Notes: generated by a model not told the origin, from the letters alone. A stretch of 64,000 nucleotides of DNA from Clostridiales bacterium Firm_18 (GCA_001604215.1 LVAX01000054.1:11180-75179); one strand, 5' to 3'; counted from the first letter of the stretch, positions 47,848 through 58,084 are shown. Made by a program: numbers and translations.

Positions 47848-48713
47848 TGGATACAATTCTGCAAATTAAAAACCTTAAAAAAAGCTTTAATGATTTCAGC
47901 TTAAAATCTGTCAATATAACCCTTGACAAGGGTTACATTATGGGTTTGATAGGGCCTAACGGCGCAGGTAAAAGCACCATTATCAAGCTTATTATGAATC
48001 TTATAAAAAAAGATGACGGAAAAATTACGGTTTTCGGCTTGGATAATAATAAGCATGAAATCGATATAAAAAACCGCATAGGGTTTGTTTATGACGAAAA
48101 TCATTTTTATGAAGAACTTACAATAAGCGAAACAAAATATTATATTGCACCTTTTTACTCAATGTGGGATAACGCGGCGTTCGACAAATATATTAAGGAT
48201 TTTAACCTTCCGCCCAAAAAGAAAATTAAGGAACTGTCAAAGGGCATGAAAATGAAAATGTCACTTGCGTTTGCGCTTTCCCATAACGCCGATCTGCTTA
48301 TTATGGATGAACCGACATCCGGCCTGGACCCGATTGTCAGAAGTGAACTGCTCGAAATATTGTCGGAGGTAATATGCGATGAAAACAAATCGGTTCTGTT
48401 ATCGACCCATATCACCTCGGATCTTGACAAAATTGCGGATTATATAACCTTTATCAATAACGGCGAAGTTATACTTGCCGATACAAAGGATAACATCCTC
48501 GAAAACCATGCCGTTATAAAGTGTGATAAATCGCAATTAACCGAAGATATAAAGAAAAAGTTTATCGGATATTCAGAAAATGAGTTTGGTTTTAATGGGC
48601 TTGTGGCAGATAAGTCACAAATCGAAGCATTTGACAATGAGAAAACAATTTTCGAAAAACCATCGCTTGAAGATATTATGATATATTACTTAAGGGGGAA
48701 GAAAAATGCTTAG
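47844..48713 (+). CDS. ABC transporter ATP-binding protein
   Basis: Walker A GPNGAGKST, signature LSKGMKMKMSLAFAL, Walker B LLIMDEPTSGLD. Overlaps the GntR stop. Confidence 0.92.
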   Translation: MMDTILQIKNLKKSFNDFSLKSVNITLDKGYIMGLIGPNGAGKSTIIKLIMNLIKKDDGKITVFGLDNNKHEIDIKNRIGFVYDENHFYEELTISETKYYIAPFYSMWDNAAFDKYIKDFNLPPKKKIKELSKGMKMKMSLAFALSHNADLLIMDEPTSGLDPIVRSELLEILSEVICDENKSVLLSTHITSDLDKIADYITFINNGEVILADTKDNILENHAVIKCDKSQLTEDIKKKFIGYSENEFGFNGLVADKSQIEAFDNEKTIFEKPSLEDIMIYYLRGKKNA

Positions 48714-49365
48714 CCTAATTATTAAGGATTTTCTGATTCAAAAAAGAATTGCTGCTCTCGGTGCTCTTTATATAATTATTATGACAATCGCCCTTCAAAA
48801 CTCATCGGAAGGAGTTTATCCGGCAAGTATTATTATGCTTACCTATATTTTAACGCAAACGGCCTGTGCATATGATGATAAAAACAAAACCGATATTTTA
48901 ATAAACAGTTTGCCGGTAAAACGATACAGTGTTGTTTTAGCCCGGTATATTTCTGTTTTCTTTTATGCCGCTTTCAGCAGTATTGTTTATTATCTGGTGC
49001 ATTTATTATTCAACGCCGTCTCTTTCCCGATTAAATCCCCGCCGATAACACCCCCGGGAATATTAGGAGCGATATTGGCGTTGTCATTAATAACCGGACT
49101 TTATTACCCCATATTTTTCAAACTTGGATACACAAAAGGAAAATTCTATAATATGGTTATATTTTTCATGGTTTTCTTCGGCATCGGAGGTGTATCGAAT
49201 ATCGTAATAAGCAGACAAAACATTGCTTTTATTGAAAGTTTGGCCGGCATTGTAAATAGCCTTCCCGAACTTTTTATCGGTATATTAATCATTTTGGTAT
49301 CGATGGTTATTCTTTTGATATCATATACCATTTCGTTATACTATTATAAAAAAAGGGACTTTTGA
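48706..49365 (+). CDS. ABC-2 type transporter permease
   Basis: 219 aa with about six TM segments. Translationally coupled to the ATPase gene. Confidence 0.8.
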   Translation: MLSLIIKDFLIQKRIAALGALYIIIMTIALQNSSEGVYPASIIMLTYILTQTACAYDDKNKTDILINSLPVKRYSVVLARYISVFFYAAFSSIVYYLVHLLFNAVSFPIKSPPITPPGILGAILALSLITGLYYPIFFKLGYTKGKFYNMVIFFMVFFGIGGVSNIVISRQNIAFIESLAGIVNSLPELFIGILIILVSMVILLISYTISLYYYKKRDF

Positions 49366-50022
49366 TTAATAAATCTCAAACATATTTTTTTTATATTTTA
49401 TCAATCCTTCGTCTTGCATTCTGGAAAGTTCCCTTGACAGGGCGCTTCTGTCCACAAATAAAAAATCGGCAAGCTGCTCACGATTGAAAGGTATGGCAAA
49501 TTTATTGGAATTTGCCATGCTTTTTTGCCGCTCAAAAAAAGACATCAGCTTTTCCCTGATAGTCCTTTTTGAAACTATCTCTAATTTATGGTTCATCATT
49601 AAAACTTTATTTGCAAGTATTTCAAGCATATTTTCAATAAGCTTGGTATGGAATACACATGCCGTAGAACATACAGTAATTACTTTTTTATAATCAAGTA
49701 TCATTATTTTACTTTCCGTTGCGGCTTGTACCGAAATATCGCTTTGGACCGCCCCCGCACAGGCATATGCCTCTGCAAACAAACCTCCCGGCATAATTTC
49801 GGAAATAATTATTCTGTTTCCTTCCTCATCCTCCTTTATCTCGACAGCCTTGCCCGAAATCACTATTCCGACAAACGAAACGCTGCCTCCTGCGTGAAAC
49901 ACAAATTCCCCCTGTTTATACAAATTAACCCTTGCGGATAAGCAAGCAAGAATACTATCCAAATTGTGATGCTCTATTCCTTTAAATAATATCGACTGCT
50001 TAATTATTTCTACATTTTTCAT
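49366..50022 (-). CDS. Crp/Fnr-family transcriptional regulator (HcpR-like by context)
   Basis: N-terminal cNMP-binding-like barrel and C-terminal HTH (REQLADFLFVDRSALSRELSRMQDEGLI). Divergent from the ferredoxin-hcp operon. Confidence 0.85.
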   Translation of the reverse strand: MKNVEIIKQSILFKGIEHHNLDSILACLSARVNLYKQGEFVFHAGGSVSFVGIVISGKAVEIKEDEEGNRIIISEIMPGGLFAEAYACAGAVQSDISVQAATESKIMILDYKKVITVCSTACVFHTKLIENMLEILANKVLMMNHKLEIVSKRTIREKLMSFFERQKSMANSNKFAIPFNREQLADFLFVDRSALSRELSRMQDEGLIKYKKNMFEIY

Positions 50023-50037
50023 TTTTTATTTCCTTTC

Positions 50038-50051
50038 GTTGCATTTGCAAC
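50038..50051. promoter_or_regulatory. perfect palindrome, candidate Crp/Fnr (HcpR) site
   Basis: GTTGCA-TT-TGCAAC. Its centre at 50044.5 lies 41.5 nt upstream of a TSS inferred 7 nt after TATAAT (50074-50079), with no good -35. This is class II activator geometry. Confidence 0.5.
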
Positions 50052-50119
50052 AGAATATTTGATTTAATTATACTATAATGTCATCATAAAATCAATATTT
50101 CAAGGAAAGGAGAATAAAC

Positions 50120-50815
50120 ATGATAAGGCAAATAATAAAAATAGATGAAAGCAAATGCAACGGCTGCGGGCTGTGCGTTTCCGCCTGTCACGAAGGTGCT
50201 CTTGGGATTGTGGACGGGAAAGCAAAGCTTTTAAGGGATGACTATTGCGACGGCTTGGGCAACTGCCTTCCTGCATGCCCTACGGGAGCCATTTCCTTCG
50301 AAGAGAGGGAAGCACTGCCTTTTGACGAAAGGGCTGTTTTGCAAAACGCCATAAAAGAGGATTTGCCCTGCGGCTGCCCCGGCACCCAGTCAAAAGCAAT
50401 AAAGCGTGACACTGCCGAAACTTATGAAAGCCCGGCAAAGGAAGGCATACGCTCTCAACTAAACCAATGGCCGGTTCAAATTAAGCTGGTGCCGCCCAAC
50501 GCTCCGTATTTCAATAACGCAAATTTGCTTATTGCCGCAGACTGCACGGCTTATGCCTACGGTGATTTTCACAATAAATTTATAAAAAATAAAATCACGC
50601 TGATAGGATGCCCTAAACTGGACGAGGGTGATTATACCGAAAAACTGACACAAATTCTGAAAATGAACAACATTAAATCCGTTACTGTGGTAAGAATGCA
50701 GGTGCCATGCTGCGGCGGCATTGAAAATGCCGTAAAAAACGCGCTGATAAACAGCGGAAAAATGATACCATGGCAGGTTGTGATTATATCAACCGACGGT
50801 CAAATAATTGAATAG
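50120..50815 (+). CDS. 4Fe-4S dicluster domain protein
   Basis: CNGCGLCVSACHEG and CDGLGNCLPACPTG ferredoxin motifs. 28 nt upstream of hcp. Confidence 0.85.
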   Translation: MIRQIIKIDESKCNGCGLCVSACHEGALGIVDGKAKLLRDDYCDGLGNCLPACPTGAISFEEREALPFDERAVLQNAIKEDLPCGCPGTQSKAIKRDTAETYESPAKEGIRSQLNQWPVQIKLVPPNAPYFNNANLLIAADCTAYAYGDFHNKFIKNKITLIGCPKLDEGDYTEKLTQILKMNNIKSVTVVRMQVPCCGGIENAVKNALINSGKMIPWQVVIISTDGQIIE

Positions 50816-50843
50816 AATAAATTTTAAGGGGGAAAACAAGTAA

Positions 50844-52391
50844 ATGTCAATGTTTTGTTATCAATGCGAGCAAACTGCAAGAGGAACCGCATGCACCGTA
50901 AACGGGGTATGCGGAAAAAAAGCGGATACCTCAAATTTACAAGACCTTCTTACGGGAAAACTAATAACCCTTGCCTCGGCAGCAAAGGGGCGCAATACCG
51001 TTAAAACCGATATTGCCATGGAGGAAGGCTTGTTTACAACCATTACAAATGTTAATTTCAACAACGAAAGCATTAAAGCCATGTGCGGCGAAATCGACGC
51101 TCTTATAGACGATTTCGGCGGAGCCGGGCAGATGGATATGAACGAGCTTTGGAACAGCGATGAAGACGTCCGTTCGCTCAAATCCCTTATACTGCTCGGG
51201 CTTCGCGGAATGGCGGCGTATGCTCATCATGCACGTATTCTCGGAAAAACAAGCGATAAGGTAAGCAGCTTTTTTTATAAAGGTATGGCGGCACTAAAGG
51301 AGGATATTGATACAAAACAGCTCTTGGACCTTGTTATGGAGACGGGTGTTGTCAACCTTGAATGTATGAGGCTCCTTGACGAGGCCAACACGGCCGCATA
51401 CGGCAATCCCGTGCCGGTTAATGTAAGCTGCAGCATTGAGGCAGGTCCGTTTATCGTAATTTCGGGACATGATCTTCATGACTTAAAGCTGCTGCTTGAG
51501 CAAACCGAAGGTAAAGGCATAAATATATATACACACGGTGAAATGCTGCCTGCGCACGGCTATCCCGGTCTTAAAAAATACCGTCATTTAAAAGGGAATT
51601 TCGGAACGGCATGGCAAAATCAGCAAAAGGAATTTGACGGCATACCCGCCCCGATACTGTTTACGACAAACTGCCTTATGCCTCCCCGAAGCAGCTATAT
51701 AGACAGGGTATTTACAACATCCGTCGTTGATTACCCCGGAGTAAAGCATATAAACGAAAGCAAGGACTTTTCACCAGTTATCGAAAAAGCGCTGCAGCTT
51801 GGTGGATATGAAAACGAACGGAAAATGACAGGTATAAACGGCGGGGATACCCTCACCACCGGTTATGCCCACAGCAGTGTATTATCGGCTGCGGATGTAA
51901 TAGTGGATGCCGTAAAAAGCGGCACTATAAAGCATTTCTTCTTGGTTGGCGGTTGTGACGGCGCGGCTGCCGGCAGAAACTACTATACGGAATTTGTAAG
52001 GCAAACCCCGGAGGATACCGTTGTTTTAACACTTGCCTGCGGCAAATACCGTTTTAACGATCTTGACATAGGAAAAATCAAAGGCTTGCCGCGTATTATG
52101 GATATGGGACAATGCAATGACGCATACAGCGCAATAAAAGTCGCACAGGCACTATGCGGCGCATTTGACTGCGGTATAAACGAGCTTCCTTTAACGCTTG
52201 TACTGTCATGGTACGAACAAAAAGCTGTTTGTATACTGCTTACGCTTTTAGCTCTCGGCATAAAAAACATATTTATCGGCCCGAGCCTTCCGGCGTTTAT
52301 ATCACCGAATATTTTAAAAGTGCTTGTTGAAAAATATAATCTTACCCCCGTTTCAACGCCGCAGGAAGACCTGAAAAAGATATTTTGCTGA
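50844..52391 (+). CDS. hcp: hybrid cluster protein / hydroxylamine reductase
   Basis: N-terminal Cys motif MFCYQCEQTARGTACTVNGVCGK. 515 aa. Typical Hcp core. Confidence 0.92.
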   Translation: MSMFCYQCEQTARGTACTVNGVCGKKADTSNLQDLLTGKLITLASAAKGRNTVKTDIAMEEGLFTTITNVNFNNESIKAMCGEIDALIDDFGGAGQMDMNELWNSDEDVRSLKSLILLGLRGMAAYAHHARILGKTSDKVSSFFYKGMAALKEDIDTKQLLDLVMETGVVNLECMRLLDEANTAAYGNPVPVNVSCSIEAGPFIVISGHDLHDLKLLLEQTEGKGINIYTHGEMLPAHGYPGLKKYRHLKGNFGTAWQNQQKEFDGIPAPILFTTNCLMPPRSSYIDRVFTTSVVDYPGVKHINESKDFSPVIEKALQLGGYENERKMTGINGGDTLTTGYAHSSVLSAADVIVDAVKSGTIKHFFLVGGCDGAAAGRNYYTEFVRQTPEDTVVLTLACGKYRFNDLDIGKIKGLPRIMDMGQCNDAYSAIKVAQALCGAFDCGINELPLTLVLSWYEQKAVCILLTLLALGIKNIFIGPSLPAFISPNILKVLVEKYNLTPVSTPQEDLKKIFC

Positions 52392-52419
52392 TATGGCAAA
52401 AAAAGATTTTTAAAAAAGC

Positions 52420-52455
52420 AAGCCGCTTGCTAGGAAAAGCAAGCGGCTTGTTTTT
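52420..52455 (+). terminator. intrinsic terminator after hcp (bidirectional shape)
   Basis: AAGCCGCTTGCT (52420-52431) pairs with AGCAAGCGGCTT (52438-52449), followed by GTTTTT. An A-run lies upstream. Confidence 0.85.
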
Positions 52456-52487
52456 ACAAAGATAGGGTTAAAGTATAATGGGATATA

Positions 52488-54440
52488 CTATAAATCGGCA
52501 TCTGCACTGCTCGGCAAGTAAAGATACTTTGTCGGCACCGTTTCCATTTCATTGTGTGGTCCGTACCAACGCATGATGCATGTGGCACCATAGATAAAAT
52601 CGGCATATTCAATGCGTATTTTATATTTTTGCCCGGCTACTGTATCAAAGGTGCATGATATTATTTCATCGCTGTGATAATCCCATCCGTCAAGCACCGG
52701 TTCATCGTTTATATAGACTCTTATAGCATCGTCAACAATAAATTCAAGGGTTGTTTCCTGTGTGAATTTAGCCTCTATATAGCCTTCCATAACCCCGTAA
52801 AACGCGTCGCCCGTCAATTCCGGCGGGGAATCGGCGCCCCATATGTAATTAATATTGTTAACCTCGGTATACTCTTCTTCTACCTGTCCTTCTCCGTCGA
52901 GGGTATAAAAGGTGTTTAACAAGCCTTCCCCCGTCTTGCTGACAACATTTAAAAATACCGGCTCGCTAAAATTATCTTGTGTTTGTTGTGTGATATAAAA
53001 CGCAGATTCCGGGACAAGCTGCATGGGAACTTCCTCCGCCTCCCAGAACAGGAATACCGCGGCATACAACGGAATCTGCTGATATTCCACCGTAATGGGG
53101 TAATATTCTCCTGCTTCAAGGTAAACCGGATTTTGCGCAATTGAATAATCAAGGCTTAAAAGCCCCCATTTGTTAATTATTTCTTGATTGTTAACATTTA
53201 CAATTATACCGTCATCCGAATATGTTTTAAATATGTAATTGCCGCTGACGCTTGGCCTTAAATACCCTTCCCATTTAATTGCAAATGTTTCTTCATCTAT
53301 TACCTCATGGGGAGAGTCATACATAAAATTAAACGCAATATTGGAATCTATTCTGATAAGCCTTAAAGCCGATTCGTTATCAAAGCCGCTCGCGTCATAA
53401 TAATGACCTAAAACTCCGTTAACATAATTATCATCGTCTTCCGGGGGTAATGTATCGTATTGCGGGAATCTAAAGTCGGCTCCCGCTACATTCTCCTGAT
53501 TAATTTTCGCGGAACCGTACATTTGCAGCGTTCTGGCATATAATGCGCCGTTTATTTCGATGTTGCCATACATTACAATATCCGAATTCGGAGCGTACGC
53601 CAAGCCGTTGATAATTACTGTTCCGTTTTCGATTTTAAGGCTGTCGGCCACATATATGTGCCCGTTCAATTCAGTATTGCCCGTCATCTCAATATTTCCG
53701 GACGGGACATAAATATTTGCAGCCATTCTGACTGTTCCGTTAAAAAGTGTTGTTTCGCCGCTCTGTCCGTTTATGTAAATATAAAGCTGTTTGTTATCGC
53801 CATTTTCATTAATATATGCTTCACCGCCAAAGTCAAAACTCTCGGTATAAAGATATACTTTTCCGTCACCGATAATATTGATGGTGCCGTTTACCGATAT
53901 ACTGTCCGCCCTTATATGAAGTATCTTTCCGTCCGATACATCAAAGGTCAGCTTGTTGGGATTCCCGCCTATTTCTATGTTGGAATACCAGCCGCTTTCG
54001 CTGACGGTAACCTCGGTATTGGTAACATCCAAAGCGCCTTTTTCCTCCAATTCCGGCAATCCGTTTTCAAAAACTATCGGATCTTGTACGGTATATATAC
54101 CCTCCTCGGCAATAATACCTTTGCCAAGTAAGTTACTTAAACCGGTACCCACCTTTGATGAAGGGGCTACTCCGGTGTTGGGGTATACCTTGCCCCCTCC
54201 TCTTATAAAATTCCCCCACCAAGGGTTTATATAATAGGTTCCCGATTGCATTATTACATTACCGGTAATATAAGAACTTCCATCCATATCAAGAGTTGAT
54301 ACGCCACTCGATTTGTCAGGGCCGGTCAAAAAAACAGCATAATCGCCGCTAAAATCGGCAACCGTATCGGCTGCGGCAACGCTGCTTAAACAAATTAGCA
54401 ATAATAATGAAATTATCCCGCATATAAATAACTTTTTCAT
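52488..54440 (-). CDS. secreted 650-aa protein with an N-terminal beta-helix-like repeat region and two PA14 domains
   Basis: Signal peptide MKKLFICGIISLLLLICLSSVAA. Repetitive NG-x-I/V segments. PA14 pattern twice (GHYYDASGFDN...FAIKWEGYLRPSVSGNYIFKTYSDDGIIV and NTFYTLDGEG...FYGVMEGYIEAKFTQETTLEFIVDDAIRVYIND). Confidence 0.85.
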   Translation of the reverse strand: MKKLFICGIISLLLLICLSSVAAADTVADFSGDYAVFLTGPDKSSGVSTLDMDGSSYITGNVIMQSGTYYINPWWGNFIRGGGKVYPNTGVAPSSKVGTGLSNLLGKGIIAEEGIYTVQDPIVFENGLPELEEKGALDVTNTEVTVSESGWYSNIEIGGNPNKLTFDVSDGKILHIRADSISVNGTINIIGDGKVYLYTESFDFGGEAYINENGDNKQLYIYINGQSGETTLFNGTVRMAANIYVPSGNIEMTGNTELNGHIYVADSLKIENGTVIINGLAYAPNSDIVMYGNIEINGALYARTLQMYGSAKINQENVAGADFRFPQYDTLPPEDDDNYVNGVLGHYYDASGFDNESALRLIRIDSNIAFNFMYDSPHEVIDEETFAIKWEGYLRPSVSGNYIFKTYSDDGIIVNVNNQEIINKWGLLSLDYSIAQNPVYLEAGEYYPITVEYQQIPLYAAVFLFWEAEEVPMQLVPESAFYITQQTQDNFSEPVFLNVVSKTGEGLLNTFYTLDGEGQVEEEYTEVNNINYIWGADSPPELTGDAFYGVMEGYIEAKFTQETTLEFIVDDAIRVYINDEPVLDGWDYHSDEIISCTFDTVAGQKYKIRIEYADFIYGATCIMRWYGPHNEMETVPTKYLYLPSSADADL

Positions 54441-54499
54441 AAAACCCCTTGTATGATATAGTCATAGCTAAATCACACATATCCTTTCTAAAAAATTGG

Positions 54500-56300
54500 T
54501 TTAGCTTTCTGTGCTATGACACAGAATAAAGATAGCGTTGCGGACTTTTTATAAAAACCCGAAGCCTTTAAATAGGACTTCTCAATTGGAGATTAAAGCC
54601 GCAGGTTTATCTCAAATGTTTATAGTTGGATTAGCCCGACATTTGCTCGGAGTTATTATTTATTACAAGGTTACGAGGATAAATCCCAGTGGCTATGCCG
54701 CAAAACGCTAATATTATTTTTGGAGGAGTACACTATGGTATTTGTCGGCATTGATATTGCCAAACACACTCATTATGCTTGCGTTACAGACGATGCACAG
54801 AAAATCTTATCTGCTCCGTTTCCCTTTGAAAACGACCAAAAGGGGTTCGCAAAGCTACTATCTTCATTTGCAAGTTATGCAAAAACCGATGTTATTATCG
54901 GGCTTGAGGCCACATCTGTTTATGGCGAGAATCTTATCTCGTATCTTGCTAATTTAGGCTACGAAATTGCTCTCATCAATCCCATAGAAACATCATCTGT
55001 GCGAAAGAAAAATATTCGCAATGCCAAAACTGATAAGATTGATGCTAAAGTTATCTGCAAGTATCTTGCAACAGAGGAATATCGATTTTTACAATCCAAA
55101 GAGTTGCAAACCTTACAACTGCGTGGCTTATGTCGGTTTCGTCAAGCTCTCAAAAAATCAAATTCACGCCTAAAAACACAACTTGTTTCATACCTTGATG
55201 TCAGCTTTCCTGAATACCCATCAGCATTTTCAACCGTTCACGGCAAAGGTGCTTATGCAGTATTATCGGAATTTCCATCTGCAAGTGCAGTTTCAAAAGC
55301 TAATATTACAAAGCTTACCAACCTATTGTGCAAATCATCTCATGGCAAATTCAATCGCAGCAAAGCAGAAGAACTAAAAGCACTTGCAAAGCGTTCTGTT
55401 GCCGCCACTGATTGCGATATGGGTTTTCAAATCAAGCAAACTATAACGCAAATTCAGCTTATTTCTGCGCAGATGAATGATACTGAAAAACAGATTGTTA
55501 CTGTATTTGAGAGCCTTAATTCGGTTATAGCTACAATTCCTGGTATAGGTGCAATTAATGGGTCTATGATTTTATCAGAAATTGGTGATATTAGGCGTTT
55601 TTCAAATCCAAATCAGCTTATTGCATTTGCAGGGCTTGATCCAATCATTAGGCAATCAGGTAACTTCAGGGCGAAAACAACACGAATGTCAAAGCGTGGC
55701 TCTGGTGTTTTGCGTTATGCTCTGATTAATGCGGCTTGGAATGTTTCGCTTAACAATGTAACCTTTAAGGAATACTACAGCGAAAAATTTTCTCAAAAAG
55801 GTCGCCATTATGCCGCGCTCGGTCATGTTGCCGGAAAACTTACCAGAGTAATTTTTGCTATGCTCAAAAATGAAATGGTATTTAACTTACCTTAATGAAT
55901 AGCATTTCAAAATTTACTGCATACTAACTTTGCTTTTTCTCACAAACAGGATAAGGCTCTACAGAAGTGTAACCTGAGCGGTTTATGAGATTTTACAAAG
56001 CGTATGCGGAGTGGGTTTTTCCTGCTCCATTTTTTATGTGCACAAGCTTATGTGCCATACGCTTGGAAAACTAATGCGATAAACTTTGGGGTTTGGGGTG
56101 AAACCCCATCCATACCTTTAAAAACGATTGCCCTTGGCAGTCTATTTGTTGTACATTTTTTTAATCAAGCTTGACTCCCATAATTTACATATTATTTTTT
56201 TTCGTTTTCCTATTGACTTTTCATAGTTGGTCTCCTGTTTTGTTAATTACATATATAATAACAAAAATGTCGTAATGAAATACATCATATGCGGCAACCG
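54500..56300 (+). mobile_element. IS110-family insertion sequence (boundaries approximate)
   Basis: Single DEDD-type transposase gene flanked by ~250 nt (5') and ~400 nt (3') of structured non-coding DNA. The family lacks clear terminal inverted repeats, so the ends cannot be fixed from one copy. Confidence 0.55.
54735..55895 (+). CDS. IS110-family transposase/recombinase
   Basis: N-terminal DEDD domain start MVFVGIDIAKHTH. C-terminal Transposase_20 pattern IPGIGAINGSMILSEIGDIRRFSNPNQLIAFAGLDPIIRQSG. ATG 54735 is preceded by GGAGGAG. Confidence 0.92.
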   Translation: MVFVGIDIAKHTHYACVTDDAQKILSAPFPFENDQKGFAKLLSSFASYAKTDVIIGLEATSVYGENLISYLANLGYEIALINPIETSSVRKKNIRNAKTDKIDAKVICKYLATEEYRFLQSKELQTLQLRGLCRFRQALKKSNSRLKTQLVSYLDVSFPEYPSAFSTVHGKGAYAVLSEFPSASAVSKANITKLTNLLCKSSHGKFNRSKAEELKALAKRSVAATDCDMGFQIKQTITQIQLISAQMNDTEKQIVTVFESLNSVIATIPGIGAINGSMILSEIGDIRRFSNPNQLIAFAGLDPIIRQSGNFRAKTTRMSKRGSGVLRYALINAAWNVSLNNVTFKEYYSEKFSQKGRHYAALGHVAGKLTRVIFAMLKNEMVFNLP

Positions 56301-56501
56301 GCTATCATATCCTTTACAAAAAGGACTTAGACCCTATGGCTTTGCGTAACTGCCTTTAGGCAGCTTTGCTTTTCTCAAATACTTAATTACAATAACTTAT
56401 TATGCATTATACAACATAATTGCGAAAAAATCAATATGTTTTTAAAAATATTTTTTTTAATTTTCCCGGGGAAAATCCCTCAAATTCAATAAACTCCGCA
56501 A

Positions 56502-57557
56502 TCAAATTCTTTCACAAATCATCTTGCCCATCTCAGACGTACTTACCGCCGCCACACCTTCCCCGGCAATATCGGCAGTCCTGTATCCATCCGACAATAC
56601 GCTGTTTACAGCCCTGTCGATTGCATTCGCTTCCTCCTTCATCCCGAACGACATGTCAAGCATCATCGCCGCCGACAAAATAGCAGCTATCGGGTTTGCA
56701 ATATTTTTACCCGCTATATCGGGGGCGCTTCCGTGGATAGGCTCATAAAGACCGGTTTTGCCTCCGACAGACGCAGATGCCAGCATTCCGATTGAACCGG
56801 TAATCTGGCTTGCCTCATCCGATAAAATATCCCCGAACATATTGCTTGTCAGTATAACATCAAATTGTGAAGGATTGCGGACAAGCTGCATTGCGGCATT
56901 ATCCACAAGCATATTAATAACCTCAATGCCGGGATATTCCTTCGAAACCCTTGCAACCGTCTCACGCCAAAGCCGTGAGCTTTCAAGCACATTTGCCTTG
57001 TCAACCGAATGAAGAACACGTCTTCTCCCGCCTGCAATTTTAAACGCAACCCGTGCTATTCGCTCTACTTCCTCCATCGAATAGCGTTCGGTATCGAAGG
57101 CGCCCTTTTCATCCCTTCCGCTTTCGCCAAAGTATATACCCCCTGTCAGCTCCCTCACTACAATTATATCAAATCCGCCGCCAATAATAGAGGCTTTAAG
57201 AGGCGACGCGTCTGCAAGCGGTTTGTACACCTTCGCCGGGCGTATATTGGCAAAGCATTCCAAACCGGCCCTGAGTGCCAAAAGCCCTTGCTCGGGCCGC
57301 ACCTTGGCGGTAGGGTCGTCCCATTTAGGCCCGCCGACAGCGCCGAGCAGTACCGCATCCGCCTTCCTGCATACATCAAGGCTGAAATCGGGCAGGGCCG
57401 TGCCGTACTTGTCTATTGCGCACCCACCCATTTCAACATAATGAAAATTAAAGGTATGATTGTATTTGCTTTCGATTTTTTTCAGCACCCGCACAGCTTC
57501 CGCCGTAATTTCGATGCCTATTCCGTCCCCTTCTATTACAGCAATGTTTTTTGTCAT
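56502..57557 (-). CDS. leuB: 3-isopropylmalate dehydrogenase
   Basis: Isocitrate/isopropylmalate dehydrogenase signature ([25 protein letters not shown]). 351 aa. Confidence 0.93.
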   Translation of the reverse strand: MTKNIAVIEGDGIGIEITAEAVRVLKKIESKYNHTFNFHYVEMGGCAIDKYGTALPDFSLDVCRKADAVLLGAVGGPKWDDPTAKVRPEQGLLALRAGLECFANIRPAKVYKPLADASPLKASIIGGGFDIIVVRELTGGIYFGESGRDEKGAFDTERYSMEEVERIARVAFKIAGGRRRVLHSVDKANVLESSRLWRETVARVSKEYPGIEVINMLVDNAAMQLVRNPSQFDVILTSNMFGDILSDEASQITGSIGMLASASVGGKTGLYEPIHGSAPDIAGKNIANPIAAILSAAMMLDMSFGMKEEANAIDRAVNSVLSDGYRTADIAGEGVAAVSTSEMGKMICERI

Positions 57558-58066
57558 ATTTTCAATCCACTGCCTTTCTTAATCTTTGCCTTAATATATT
57601 CTATTTCTCCGCCCGCGGCGATAATCTCCTGCATAAATTCCGGAAACGGCTCGCAGCGATAGCTTTTGCCGGAGGCCTCGTTTAGTATTTCCCCCGAAGC
57701 AAGGTTTGCCGCGAGCAAATCCCCGCTTTTTGTTTCGGTGAAAATTTCGTCACATTCAAGTATCGCAAGTCCGATATTTATTGCATTTCTGTAAAAAATA
57801 CGCGCAAATGAGCGGGCAATTACACATGATATTCCGCTGCCTTTGATTGCAATGGGCGCATGCTCCCTTGACGAGCCGCAGCCGAAATTATAACCCGCTA
57901 CTATAATATCACCCTGCCTCACATTGTCTTTAAAGCTTTTATCAATATCCTCCATGCAATGCATTGCCAGTTCTTTCGGGTCGATTGTATTAAGATAACG
58001 TGCCGGTATTATTACGTCGGTATCAATGTTATCACCGAAAATATGTGCCCTTCCTTTTAAAATCAT
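57554..58066 (-). CDS. leuD: 3-isopropylmalate dehydratase small subunit
   Basis: 170 aa. [18 protein letters not shown] aconitase swivel-domain motif. Overlaps the leuB start. Confidence 0.92.
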   Translation of the reverse strand: MILKGRAHIFGDNIDTDVIIPARYLNTIDPKELAMHCMEDIDKSFKDNVRQGDIIVAGYNFGCGSSREHAPIAIKGSGISCVIARSFARIFYRNAINIGLAILECDEIFTETKSGDLLAANLASGEILNEASGKSYRCEPFPEFMQEIIAAGGEIEYIKAKIKKGSGLKI

Positions 58067-58084
58067 TTGATTTTCCTCCTTTTT

